Source: a virus | Taxonomy: Duplodnaviria; Caudoviricetes | Length of the DNA: 35,055 bases | IMG/VR virus record: IMGVR_UViG_3300037458_000426 | Coordinates: 1 to 35,055 of that record | Direction: 5' to 3' (one strand) | Shown here: piece after piece, positions 15,876-24,755 of the stretch | How positions within the stretch are numbered: position 1 is the first letter of the stretch | Layout: the number at the start of each line of letters is the position of its first letter | Program-made: the position numbers and the translations under genes | Notes under the pieces: model-generated | Told to the model about the DNA's origin: nothing | Databases searched by the model: none | What the model saw: the letters and a program-made list of their open reading frames with translations, nothing else

Positions 15876-18461
15876 TCAAGCGTTTGCATATTGCCGGTCC
15901 AAAATCTGCTGGACGGGGATGCTGACGTTTCCGCCGGACATATTGATCGCAAGCAGACGGGTGTTTTGATAGCCCAGCGCCAGGATCGAAATATCAACCG
16001 AGGGATACGAGCCAGCGTCGATCTGCGTCGTGAACGTCCCCGAGGTCACATCCTCCTGCCCGGCAATCTGCGTGGTCGTTCCCGCCTGGAATACCCGGAC
16101 CTCCGTCGGGTTCTTGAGGCCCGTCAGCGTCAAGGTGTTCGTATCCAGCGGGTACTGGTTCGTCGATTGCGCCGCCGAGGTCGTCACCGTATCCAAACGG
16201 ATGTTCGTCAGGAGGTTGCCCGCGTTCGCAACCGAGCAGGTCGCCCTGATCTTGAGCTTAATGCCGACCGCCGGATCAATGGCGCCGACGTTGTTCCAGT
16301 TCGTCTGGTTCAGCGTCAGCCAGGAGCCGTTATACCCGGCGCCTTCATCCCACTGAAATTCATACGTCAGGTTGCCGGTGTTCGTGCCCGTCAAGGTCGG
16401 AGCGGTGTTCGCCGCCGCCGTATGCCCCTTGATGAAGTAGGGCGTCTCCCACGTCACCTGATCGTTCAAGGCCGTCAAGGCAACCTGCCCCGACGAGTTG
16501 AACTTCGGAGTGCCTCCGGTAATCGCGCATTGCGCCGCCGTTCCGACCGTGGGTTCGTTGCAGAGGATTTCGATGCGGCCCGCGGTCGTCGAGGTAAACT
16601 TGTCGACCCAGTGCGTGCCGTAGACCGAAACCTGCCCCGCCGTGCCGCCGGTCATGCCGATAGAACGAAGGGTCGAGTTAAGCGCAGGAACGACCGTCGT
16701 GTCGGCGTAGTCGCCCTTGACGTTCTCCACCAGGATGTTGTTATCCGAGTTCAGTGTCGCGAAGACGTTCGAGCGGGTGTTCGAGCAGTAAAGCCGCTGG
16801 AGCTTGTGCCCGTCATTGTTGCCGCCGAGGTTGACAATACACGCGGCGGCGTTGGCAGACCCGAGGTTCAGGGGCGACGCATAGGTTCCGATGTTGCGGA
16901 CCTTGCAGTCGTAGCACGAGGTCAGGTTGACGATCCCGAGGTACGGGTGGACGTTGGTCAACCCGAGGAAGTCAACGCCGTTGATGACGCAGTCCGAGCA
17001 ACCGATCTGCAAGTCGATGGCATAATTGGAGTTCGACGTACCGGTCGTGCCGCTAAAGCCCTCCGCGTAACGCAAGTTCGTCCAAGTGCAGCGCGCGTTG
17101 GTCGTGCCGTAGAAACGGCCGCCGATCACGACGCAGTCCGTCCAGACGCAGTCCTGGCACAAGGACGTCAACCACGTTCCGGTTGTCGCGTTGCCTCGGT
17201 TGAGGAGGGTCTGCGACTTGACGTTCTGAAACGTGACGCCGGTATAGTTGAGGACTTGGCACACGTAAGCGCCGGACGCCGCCAGCGAGAAGCGGGCGAA
17301 CAGGCAGTTCTTGACCGTCCCGCCCGCGAAGCACGAGTTCCCGTTGAACGCCAAGTTCAACTGCGCCTGCGTCGGCCCCACAATGACGTTGTCCACGTCA
17401 AGGGGCGAGGCGATTTCCTGCATAATCAGGGTATCGTTGAAGGCGCTGTTATAGACCTTCGCGCGGTACGCCTGGAGGAAGTTGCCGTACCATTGAAAGA
17501 CGGCGTGCGAGATGTTGATGTCGCCTGCGGCCGTGGTCACGAACTCTTGCCGCGTACCGAGCGACGAGTTCGGCAAGACACGCGGGCCGGAACCCGAACC
17601 AGCGGTGCGGGTGCAGCACGTCAGGATCACGTTCGGAATGCGGACCCGGCAGCCCGTCGGCGGCAAAAAGCCGACGTTGTTCGTGCCGTCCGATCCGATA
17701 CGAATACCGGAGGTCGTCTGCCAGACGATCTTGCCGCGCTCGTCCGTCGGGATCGAGGACAGGGCCACAATCGAACCGGCGCCCGCAAAGCGCTCGTAAA
17801 CGCCGGAGCCAGCCGCCGTCTCAATCCACACGCCCGGGAATACACCGGCCACGGTCGCGGTCGTCGGGCAAGGCAAAACCTGCCCGCGCGTTCCGTTCGT
17901 CGTGCCGAGTTCAAACCAATCGCCAACGACCTCAAAGGCACCGATACGGGGAACCGTAATCTGTGCCGTGTCCGCGCCGCGTACCTCAATCCAGCCGACT
18001 ACGTCCGCGCCGGTTGCCGAGGCGCCAATGCCTCCCAAAGCACCGGCCGCGAAGTTGCCGCCCGTCTTGTTCTTGACCTTGATGAACCCGGTCGCGGGCA
18101 TTGCCGCGCCGGAGGCCGTCGGTTCCGCTTGCCAGCCGGACCAAACGCCAAGGAAGTAGGCACTGACGCCGCCCTGGGTAATCGACGTGCCGATGGCCGG
18201 GACGTTGCCCGTGCCGGTGTTATACGGGATCACCCGGACGTTCGTGCCGTCGATCTTGAGCTTGCCGCCGACGCCCGAGAAGGTGACGGTGTCAAGCGAA
18301 CCGAAGGCCGCCGAATGGTTCGCGCACTGGTAGCTGTCCGTGTCGATCAGGAGTGTTGTGTTGTTGCTGATCGCGTAGCTGTCCAGCGTCGCGTTGGTTG
18401 AGCCGCCGGTTAGAGTGTCCCAGTTCGTCGTTGCGCCGCCGTTGACGGTAAAGGCTGTCAT
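15876..18461 (-). CDS. Large fibre/spike protein, probable beta-helix with Ig-like C-terminus (861 aa)
   Basis: G/T/N-rich; central C.V.N./N...V.N repeats suggest a parallel beta-helix; ends TLTLTGL...TEVRV...DRQYANA. Confidence 0.65.
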   Translation of the reverse strand: MTAFTVNGGATTNWDTLTGGSTNATLDSYAISNNTTLLIDTDSYQCANHSAAFGSLDTVTFSGVGGKLKIDGTNVRVIPYNTGTGNVPAIGTSITQGGVSAYFLGVWSGWQAEPTASGAAMPATGFIKVKNKTGGNFAAGALGGIGASATGADVVGWIEVRGADTAQITVPRIGAFEVVGDWFELGTTNGTRGQVLPCPTTATVAGVFPGVWIETAAGSGVYERFAGAGSIVALSSIPTDERGKIVWQTTSGIRIGSDGTNNVGFLPPTGCRVRIPNVILTCCTRTAGSGSGPRVLPNSSLGTRQEFVTTAAGDINISHAVFQWYGNFLQAYRAKVYNSAFNDTLIMQEIASPLDVDNVIVGPTQAQLNLAFNGNSCFAGGTVKNCLFARFSLAASGAYVCQVLNYTGVTFQNVKSQTLLNRGNATTGTWLTSLCQDCVWTDCVVIGGRFYGTTNARCTWTNLRYAEGFSGTTGTSNSNYAIDLQIGCSDCVINGVDFLGLTNVHPYLGIVNLTSCYDCKVRNIGTYASPLNLGSANAAACIVNLGGNNDGHKLQRLYCSNTRSNVFATLNSDNNILVENVKGDYADTTVVPALNSTLRSIGMTGGTAGQVSVYGTHWVDKFTSTTAGRIEILCNEPTVGTAAQCAITGGTPKFNSSGQVALTALNDQVTWETPYFIKGHTAAANTAPTLTGTNTGNLTYEFQWDEGAGYNGSWLTLNQTNWNNVGAIDPAVGIKLKIRATCSVANAGNLLTNIRLDTVTTSAAQSTNQYPLDTNTLTLTGLKNPTEVRVFQAGTTTQIAGQEDVTSGTFTTQIDAGSYPSVDISILALGYQNTRLLAINMSGGNVSIPVQQILDRQYANA

Positions 18462-18486
18462 GCGCGGCCCTCATTCAAGTGCTTGA

Positions 18487-19938
18487 TTACGTTGCGTAAT
18501 TGCGCTCAAGAGCGGCAACGAGCGCGACGCTGTTCGAGGTCGTGCGTTGAAGCGTACCGGTCGCCTTCACGTACTGGCCCGTCGCAAGCCCGATGCCGAC
18601 AACCGTAATCGCCGCGTCCGTTGCGGCGGTTCTACCGCCCTGGACGTTGGTGTCGTAGGCGAACTGCTTCTGGATCGAGGACGCGCCGCCGACGTTGCCC
18701 GTGATCGGGTTGCCGTCCTTGTCGTTGACGATAATAGCCCCGGCCTCGCCGAAGTCGTTCCCGGCGCCGGGGAGGGTTGTGAAATAAACCCAGTATTTCG
18801 CAGACGCGTCGTTCTTGAGGTTGTCGCCGAAGTTGAGCGTCAGCACGGCGTTGTACGGATAGGTCCGCTCGGCCCCGGTGTTGTCCTTGAACACGAGCCG
18901 GGTTTCGTCGACCGACTGGTAGTTCGAGATGTAGACGCCGGTTCCGCCGCCTTCCGGGTTCGCCGCGTTCTTGGTCTTCAAGGTGTCGCCGACGAACTCA
19001 AGAAGCTCGTCTTGAACCTTGCCGATCAGCGAGGAGGCGCCCGCGTTGATGTCGACGTTCTGGCGTAGCGACCACTGGACGAACTGGTAAATCTGTTCGG
19101 CCGTGCCGCCGTTGCCGTCAATGATAATGCCGAAGTTTCGGTTTTGCCCGCCAATCGAAATGGCCTGCGGCGTGTCGTAGTAGGTAATCGACATGCCGGA
19201 GTAGGGCGCAACGTCCGCCGTCCCGTCCGAGTTGGCGTCAATCGCCGTGTCGAGCACGGAAATCTTGATCGCGTCGGACGAGGTCGAGATCGGGAACCGG
19301 TACGCCTGCGCGGCCATCGTGGTAACGCCGATGTCGGTCAGCGTCGCCTTGCCGTACTTCTGCGCCTGCTCGCGGCCGAACAGCGCAAAGTAAGAGCGCC
19401 GGTCGTAATCCGAACCCTCACCGACGTTGCCGTCGCCGTCATCGTCCCGGTAAATCTGGACGGCTTGGTTCACCTGACCCGTCAACTGGACGTTAATCGG
19501 AGAACCGCCAGCGACCTGCTGGTAATAGAGCTGGTCGTTGCTCTCAATCGCACCGAGGCCGATGATACCAGCCCACATTTGCGTCGTCGCGCCGGAGGTG
19601 TTCTTAACGGTCCACCCGGCGTCGCGGATAAGATACCGCGCAGCGTCGTTGAAGAGGTCCCAGCCCTCGACGAACTCGAACGCCTCGTCGGTAATCGGAA
19701 CCATCGGAAACGGGAACGCCGCGAGGTTCTTCGTGTGCGGGTCGTTCTTCCACTCTTCCTTCAAGAAGGAATAGAGGGCTTTCAGCGTCACGCCGTTCGT
19801 ATCTTGAACGCCCGTGTTCGACAGGTTGCCGGTGACGTTGAGCTTGATCGTCTTGGTCGAGGTATTGATATAAACCTCGGTTGTGCCGTTGTCCGTCGCG
19901 CCGTCAGTGAGCAGGTCGGGATCGGTAATCTTAGGCAT
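18487..19938 (-). CDS. Virion structural protein (483 aa)
   Basis: Long beta-rich ORF in the accessory block; ends ALERNYAT. Confidence 0.65.
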   Translation of the reverse strand: MPKITDPDLLTDGATDNGTTEVYINTSTKTIKLNVTGNLSNTGVQDTNGVTLKALYSFLKEEWKNDPHTKNLAAFPFPMVPITDEAFEFVEGWDLFNDAARYLIRDAGWTVKNTSGATTQMWAGIIGLGAIESNDQLYYQQVAGGSPINVQLTGQVNQAVQIYRDDDGDGNVGEGSDYDRRSYFALFGREQAQKYGKATLTDIGVTTMAAQAYRFPISTSSDAIKISVLDTAIDANSDGTADVAPYSGMSITYYDTPQAISIGGQNRNFGIIIDGNGGTAEQIYQFVQWSLRQNVDINAGASSLIGKVQDELLEFVGDTLKTKNAANPEGGGTGVYISNYQSVDETRLVFKDNTGAERTYPYNAVLTLNFGDNLKNDASAKYWVYFTTLPGAGNDFGEAGAIIVNDKDGNPITGNVGGASSIQKQFAYDTNVQGGRTAATDAAITVVGIGLATGQYVKATGTLQRTTSNSVALVAALERNYAT

Positions 19939-19963
19939 GTGGGCTTCTTCCCTTGCAACTCAA

Positions 19964-20233
19964 TCAGATCAGCCGGAATTCTGAACCGACCATCCTCAAA
20001 TCAGCGGGTCCTATTAGAGCGGCATGGCACACGGTAACGCGATACAGCGGGCCTTCGAGGTCCCGCTGCCAGAAGATCAGGAACTTGTTCAGCTCCGGAA
20101 AACCAGGAGCCAAGTCATAGTCCTGCCAGATGTACTCTTGGAGGATCGAGTGCGCGTCTGGGAGCCGATAAAGGATACTCGCTGTGGTCAGGCCGTAGCC
20201 ACGAACCTGAAGCAAGAAATCCCGGTCGGTCAT
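19964..20233 (-). CDS. usg: Usg-family protein
   Basis: GYGLTTA.I.YR.PD..S.LQ.Y.WQDYDLAP.FPEL..FL.FW...LEGPL..V.V.H..LI.P signature. Confidence 0.85.
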   Translation of the reverse strand: MTDRDFLLQVRGYGLTTASILYRLPDAHSILQEYIWQDYDLAPGFPELNKFLIFWQRDLEGPLYRVTVCHAALIGPADLRMVGSEFRLI

Positions 20234-20325
20234 GGGGCCGGGGGAGCTAGGTAGCGCTTACGAAAGCGCTGACGACGCGAAGCGTGGATCCAGTGCCATT
20301 GACGTAGTCTTCGGATGAGTTTCAT
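20230..20325 (-). CDS. Arg-rich peptide (31 aa) coupled to usg
   Basis: Not in track. GGAGG RBS; MKLIRRLRQWHWIHASRRQRFRKRYLAPPAP; ATGA overlap with the usg start. Confidence 0.6.
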   Translation of the reverse strand: MKLIRRLRQWHWIHASRRQRFRKRYLAPPAP

Positions 20326-20375
20326 GTAACCCTCCATGCCAACACCGTCGCCAGCTCGACGGCATAGGGATGGAG

Positions 20376-20395
20376 GCGGCGCCCGAAGGCGCCGC
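20376..20395 (-). terminator. UUCG-capped GC hairpin after 20403-20753
   Basis: GCGGCGCC-TTCG-GGCGCCGC on the minus strand with no U-tract, so more likely a stabilising or processing stem. Confidence 0.4.
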
Positions 20396-20402
20396 ACCCA
20401 AA

Positions 20403-20753
20403 TTAGTAGGTCTCGCCAGCAGGCGCTTCAGGGGCGGGTTCCACAGGAACCTCAGCCGGAGCTTCTGCAACCGGTGCGGGGACCTCAGCGGGAGCCTCAT
20501 AGACGGGGGCTTCCACAGGGGCTTCCACGGGGGCAGCAACCGTGTTCTCAGCCACAGCAGCGGCGAGCTTGTCGCCGTAGCTGTCGAGCTCAGAGACGAG
20601 GCTGTCAACCATTGCGGGGTCAACGCCAGCCTTCTCAAGCTTGGCCTTGAGGTCGAGGATCTCACCACGGAGACCGCCGATAAGAGCAACCGCGGATGCA
20701 ACCACGTCGCCCTGCTCGCGAACCTTCGCGGCAAGAGCTTCAAAGTTAGCCAT
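20403..20753 (-). CDS. Helical hypothetical protein with APVE-repeat tail
   Basis: GGAG RBS before ATG 20753 (in-frame upstream ATG at 20834 also possible); SA..LI.G...LAAAVAENT then P/A/E/V repeats. Confidence 0.7.
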   Translation of the reverse strand: MANFEALAAKVREQGDVVASAVALIGGLRGEILDLKAKLEKAGVDPAMVDSLVSELDSYGDKLAAAVAENTVAAPVEAPVEAPVYEAPAEVPAPVAEAPAEVPVEPAPEAPAGETY

Positions 20754-20868
20754 TATATTGTTCTCCAATTCATTGATGCGCGCTTGTAGGCGCTGCTCGA
20801 AGAGGTACGGGCCGAAGATGAAGTCAATCAGCATGGCCCCACCATTATACAAGGTGAATGTGTCAGCC

Positions 20869-21255
20869 TCAGTTCAAAACGATGTCCAAGGCACCAGAAG
20901 AAATCGTCAGGGAGTCGCCCACAGACATATCGACAGGCGAACTCAGCGCGCCATAAGCAAGGCAGTTGCCGTTTGAGGGGGCATCCCACACCGAGATGTG
21001 AGTGATCTCACCCCAAGGAGTGCCGGTGTTCGGCCCGAATGTCAGTGCGGTTGAATTCGAGGCCTCATTCCCGGAGACGGTCAACGTCGTAGACTGGCGA
21101 GCATAGCCATTTCCAGAAAGTTCGCCGACAGCACCAGTCTCGGTCGGGTCAGCAGTGTGCAGAGCCGTGTACCAAGTTGTTGGGCGGGCGGCGGCGCCGT
21201 TCGTAAACAACCAGGTCAGGGCAAGGTTCTCAGCGTGATTAGTGAACGCTGTCAT
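20869..21255 (-). CDS. Small beta-sandwich fibre/decoration subunit (128 aa)
   Basis: EN..L...Y.ALHTADP...E.SG.GYARQ...N...F......WG.ITH..VWDA..GN.L..G.L...GD pattern of a widespread phage 'tail fibre' family; GGAG RBS. Confidence 0.75.
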   Translation of the reverse strand: MTAFTNHAENLALTWLFTNGAAARPTTWYTALHTADPTETGAVGELSGNGYARQSTTLTVSGNEASNSTALTFGPNTGTPWGEITHISVWDAPSNGNCLAYGALSSPVDMSVGDSLTISSGALDIVLN

Positions 21256-21436
21256 AAAGTGCTCTCCAAGCGCCCATGAGCCATCCGCCCCTTCGGGAAG
21301 ATCGGCGCAAAGGCGGAAAAAATTCTAGGAAAGCGAGAGGCGCTGGAGGGGACAACGCCCCCCGCACAGTTGGCAAGAGGGCGTTTTACTTGCCCAAATG
21401 CAGTATTGCGCTGGCTATACTTATTCCAGCTTAGTA

Positions 21437-21465
21437 ATAATAGTATAGTTTACGCCCGGCGTCAA
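21437..21465 (-). promoter_or_regulatory. Sigma70-like promoter for the accessory/capsid operon
   Basis: TTGACG (21465-21460) - 17 bp - TATTAT (21442-21437) in an AT-rich intergenic region. Confidence 0.7.
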
Positions 21466-21471
21466 GCAATT

Positions 21472-21672
21472 TTATTGCTGAACAGCAACGGGCCAGAAGT
21501 GCCCAGCTACTATTCCAACAAAAAGCCCAAGTATAAATGGCAGGAGTGGCCATCTTTTACTCCACTCTACTACCTTAAAGGACAGGGATTTTGTCCCCGG
21601 CGTCAGGTAACAGTAGAGATCTAGAGTAAGCCAGACCGCGACCGTCAGGCCGATAACCCATTCCCACATCAT
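21472..21672 (-). CDS. Small two-TM membrane protein (possible holin-like)
   Basis: Two hydrophobic segments, GHFWP end; ATGA overlap with the portal stop. Confidence 0.6.
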   Translation of the reverse strand: MMWEWVIGLTVAVWLTLDLYCYLTPGTKSLSFKVVEWSKRWPLLPFILGLFVGIVAGHFWPVAVQQ

Positions 21673-23261
21673 GGGGTCAGGGCTACCTTCTGAGCGACAA
21701 GGCTGTTGTTGCCGCTCTTGGTCGGGCTTTCCGGGGCATTAGAGCTGTACGGGGCCCTGCCCTTGGCCGCCGCCTTGTTGCGGGCGTTGTTGATCTCTTG
21801 GAAGGTGTTCGTGATGTCCATGCCCTTATTGGCGTTCTTCTCGGACGCCGTCAGGGGAACGGTCGGGAGTTCCGCGGAGACCGTGAACGGGATCCGGCCA
21901 TTCTGCCACTCGAAGTCGAGCTGGGCCTGCTCTTCGTCGGCGTCGAACTCCGGAGAGAGAGTGCCGCGGCGCTTGAGCTCTTCCCAGAAGGTCCTTCTCG
22001 AGATCTCACCCGTGATGCGCGAGCGGATAAGGGAGTCGATCTCAGCGGTGTCGCGGATCGACAGGTTGAAGTCTCGGTTGACCTTGATCTGCTTGTCGAG
22101 GGTCGGTTCGCGGTTCAACCAGCGCTCGGTGAAGTCAGCCGCCCGGATGAGAGCATCCTCAAGGTTCATTGCCAAAACCTGAACCGCGGAGTACACGCGC
22201 GTCTCGTCGAGAGCGCGCGATGTGGCGGTCACGTTCTGATACTTGCCGACGATGGGCTGCAGACCCAAGATCCGCATTTCCTCTTTTAGGTCGTCGAGGT
22301 CCTTCCGTCCGGCTTCGATGGCATCGCCTTTGGGTTCGACATAATACCATTTGCCGTCCGCAGCCTCGGTGATAAGCACTCGAGACGGGCCAACGGTGAT
22401 CTCACTTTCGGACGTTCCACCAGCACCAGCGCAAGCCAGCATCGGGAACCGGGCAAACGAGAGGATGTTTCTCTGGTCAGAAGCCGACTGCCAGTGCTCG
22501 ACCTGTTTGTAAGCAAGGTCGATGAAGAGGGGTCTCACTTGGAAGCCGGTTTTTCTTTTGCCGAACCAGACCGGGACAACGGGCACTTCGTCCGTGATTG
22601 TCATCGGGCCCGAGTCTTCGATCTTCCACTCGCCCTTCTCTTTGATCCAGACCTCGTACTCTCCGGGCTTGTAGACCCGGATCCGCTCGACGGTTTCCTC
22701 CTCGTACTCTTCATTGATCCGAGTGGTCGTCTCTTTGTAGCGGAAGTGATAAATCTTCTCCCGGTCCCCAACGATCTCTGTATAACAGGCGACGACGTCA
22801 TCGGCCCTTATCATCGTCCAGTAGGGGCGCAGGGCTGCTTCCGTCTCAGACTTCAGGGTCCCGTCCGTGCTGTTTTTTGAATAATCGACGAGAATGAAGC
22901 CGAGACCCAGCAACCCACCATCATCTGATAGGATGCGGGAGAATTGGGTGATGTCGTTCCCAAGGAGGTCGATGTTCTTGAACAGCTCTTTCAAGTCGTC
23001 AGGGACATTATCCCCGACCTGGACGTCCTTGCGGAACGGCAACGCGACAGCGTTGCGTACAGCATCTTCGAGGTAGTTGGTGAGGACAGACCGTTTCAGG
23101 CGGTTCTCATACGTCGTGTCAGACTCACCATCGTACTTGGGGAGATAAGTCTCCCCCTGAGATCTCATCTCGGTCGTGCCGCCCATGATGGAGCGCAGCA
23201 ACAGCCAGTCTTCCGACATCGCTGCGAAATCCGAGGCAAGCTTGGATGGGTCGATTGCCAT
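21669..23261 (-). CDS. Portal protein (DUF4055-type)
   Basis: W...R..MGGT..MR..G..YLP....E....Y..RL..S.L.N...N.D..G...G..LVD; follows terL. Confidence 0.9.
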   Translation of the reverse strand: MAIDPSKLASDFAAMSEDWLLLRSIMGGTTEMRSQGETYLPKYDGESDTTYENRLKRSVLTNYLEDAVRNAVALPFRKDVQVGDNVPDDLKELFKNIDLLGNDITQFSRILSDDGGLLGLGFILVDYSKNSTDGTLKSETEAALRPYWTMIRADDVVACYTEIVGDREKIYHFRYKETTTRINEEYEEETVERIRVYKPGEYEVWIKEKGEWKIEDSGPMTITDEVPVVPVWFGKRKTGFQVRPLFIDLAYKQVEHWQSASDQRNILSFARFPMLACAGAGGTSESEITVGPSRVLITEAADGKWYYVEPKGDAIEAGRKDLDDLKEEMRILGLQPIVGKYQNVTATSRALDETRVYSAVQVLAMNLEDALIRAADFTERWLNREPTLDKQIKVNRDFNLSIRDTAEIDSLIRSRITGEISRRTFWEELKRRGTLSPEFDADEEQAQLDFEWQNGRIPFTVSAELPTVPLTASEKNANKGMDITNTFQEINNARNKAAAKGRAPYSSNAPESPTKSGNNSLVAQKVALTP

Positions 23262-24755
23262 TTACCACACCATCTGGACGGAGGCTGCGCCTGCGCGCGC
23301 CTCACTGAGTTCGTTGAACGCATCGGACGCGGCATCGACTTGGTCGTCGTGGCGCCCGTTCGGGAATGTGCAGAGCTCGCCGAGGAAGTCTTCATTCCAA
23401 GGGGCTCGAAGCATGCGGATGTTTCCGGCTTCACACTGAGAGGCGAAGGGGCCCGCTCGAGTTTCTTTGTCGCCTGTGGGCCGGTTGAACTTGACCCGGT
23501 ACCCGGTCAAAGACCGTGCGAGGTAAGAAACCTGAGCCTTGCCCGCGGACCCGGGGTCTTGGGGAAGGACAACAGTCGTATTCCGGCCATCGAGGAGGGC
23601 GGTCGCCTTGATCTGGCGCTCCACTTCACCGGGTGTGGCTCGGAACCGAACGATGTCTTCGACGTAGAGGAAGCCCTCTTTGTCCCGAGACATCAGAACG
23701 CCAACGGTCCAGTCCGGGTCGAAGCCGGTCAAAGACCCGGCAAGATCCCAAGCCCGAACCCTTACTCTGTTCGGAGGGAGCTGTTCGCAAACCCGGATCC
23801 AGTGCCGTTTGAAGAGACCACCTTCACGGGGTGCGGGTCTCTGCTGAACCTGACCAGCATAGGCATAGGCACCGAGGGACTTTCTCAGTTCCTCGATTTC
23901 GGTCCGGGTAATGTGGGTCGGCCAGAGCAGATCTCCGGCCTCTTTTCTGGGGTCGTCCTTCCAGACATGGGGGTGGTTCGGCTCGAACTCCGCTGGAAGG
24001 CAAAGATGCTCATACCCCAGCTCTTCGGCCAGGATGTAACCAGAAACATCCCGTTCGTGGACCCGCTGCATGACGACAACCATGGCGCCGCGGCGGGGAT
24101 CGTTGAAACGGGTGGGAAGGACTTCGGCAAACCAGCGCACGGTTTCTTCCCGGACCGTTTGGCTTTCGGCCTGTTTAACATTGTGGGGGTCGTCGACGAT
24201 CAAGATGTCGCCGCCTTCACCGGTCGCCATACCGCCAGTTGAGGTTGCAACCCGGTACCCACCCTTCACGAGGTCAAATCTGGACTTCGACTTCTGATCT
24301 GGTGAAAGTCTTACCCCGAACTGCCGCTGGTAAATCGAGGTCTGCACCAGCTGACGGGTGCGCAAGCTGTCACGAAGAGACAGGCGGTCAGAGTAAGAGG
24401 CACAAAGAAACCGCGCGCCCCGTCCCATTGTGGGGAGGGCGTAGCCGTCAGAACCCTTCATGGGGTCTTGGATCCAAGTCCATGCTGGCCAGAAAACCGA
24501 AACCACCAGCGACTTCGCATGGCGGGGCGGGATGTTGATCAGGAGGCGTCTGATCTCGCCGCGGTTTACCGCTTCGAGATGGTCACAGATCGCATCAATG
24601 TGCCAGTTCGACCGGAATTCGCGCGGCTCGATCCAGTTCCATGCCCAAGGGAGGAAGGCGCGCAGGCTGCGCTTGGCAAGCTGCGCTTGTACCTTCTCAA
24701 GAGTCGAGGCGCGAAGGCTTGGAGGGATCGAGCGAGCTATTGAGCTCGCGTCCAA
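23262..24755 (-). CDS. terL: Terminase large subunit
   Basis: NIPPRHAKS Walker A, G.GGD.LIVDDPH Walker B, MQR.HE.D, WDLA and HDDQVDA nuclease motifs. Confidence 0.96.
   Translation of the reverse strand: MDASSIARSIPPSLRASTLEKVQAQLAKRSLRAFLPWAWNWIEPREFRSNWHIDAICDHLEAVNRGEIRRLLINIPPRHAKSLVVSVFWPAWTWIQDPMKGSDGYALPTMGRGARFLCASYSDRLSLRDSLRTRQLVQTSIYQRQFGVRLSPDQKSKSRFDLVKGGYRVATSTGGMATGEGGDILIVDDPHNVKQAESQTVREETVRWFAEVLPTRFNDPRRGAMVVVMQRVHERDVSGYILAEELGYEHLCLPAEFEPNHPHVWKDDPRKEAGDLLWPTHITRTEIEELRKSLGAYAYAGQVQQRPAPREGGLFKRHWIRVCEQLPPNRVRVRAWDLAGSLTGFDPDWTVGVLMSRDKEGFLYVEDIVRFRATPGEVERQIKATALLDGRNTTVVLPQDPGSAGKAQVSYLARSLTGYRVKFNRPTGDKETRAGPFASQCEAGNIRMLRAPWNEDFLGELCTFPNGRHDDQVDAASDAFNELSEARAGAASVQMVW

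Noticed and set aside
15627-18401. 924-aa plus-strand ORF (also 82-1188, 11691-12677, 19144-20037, 22944-24242)
   Set aside because: Antisense shadows of real minus-strand genes; Arg/Val/Gly-rich with no motifs, as expected from GC-rich codon bias
11673-24755. Intron or intein in the capsid, portal or terminase genes
   Set aside because: All three ORFs are continuous and of ordinary length; both HNH genes are free-standing
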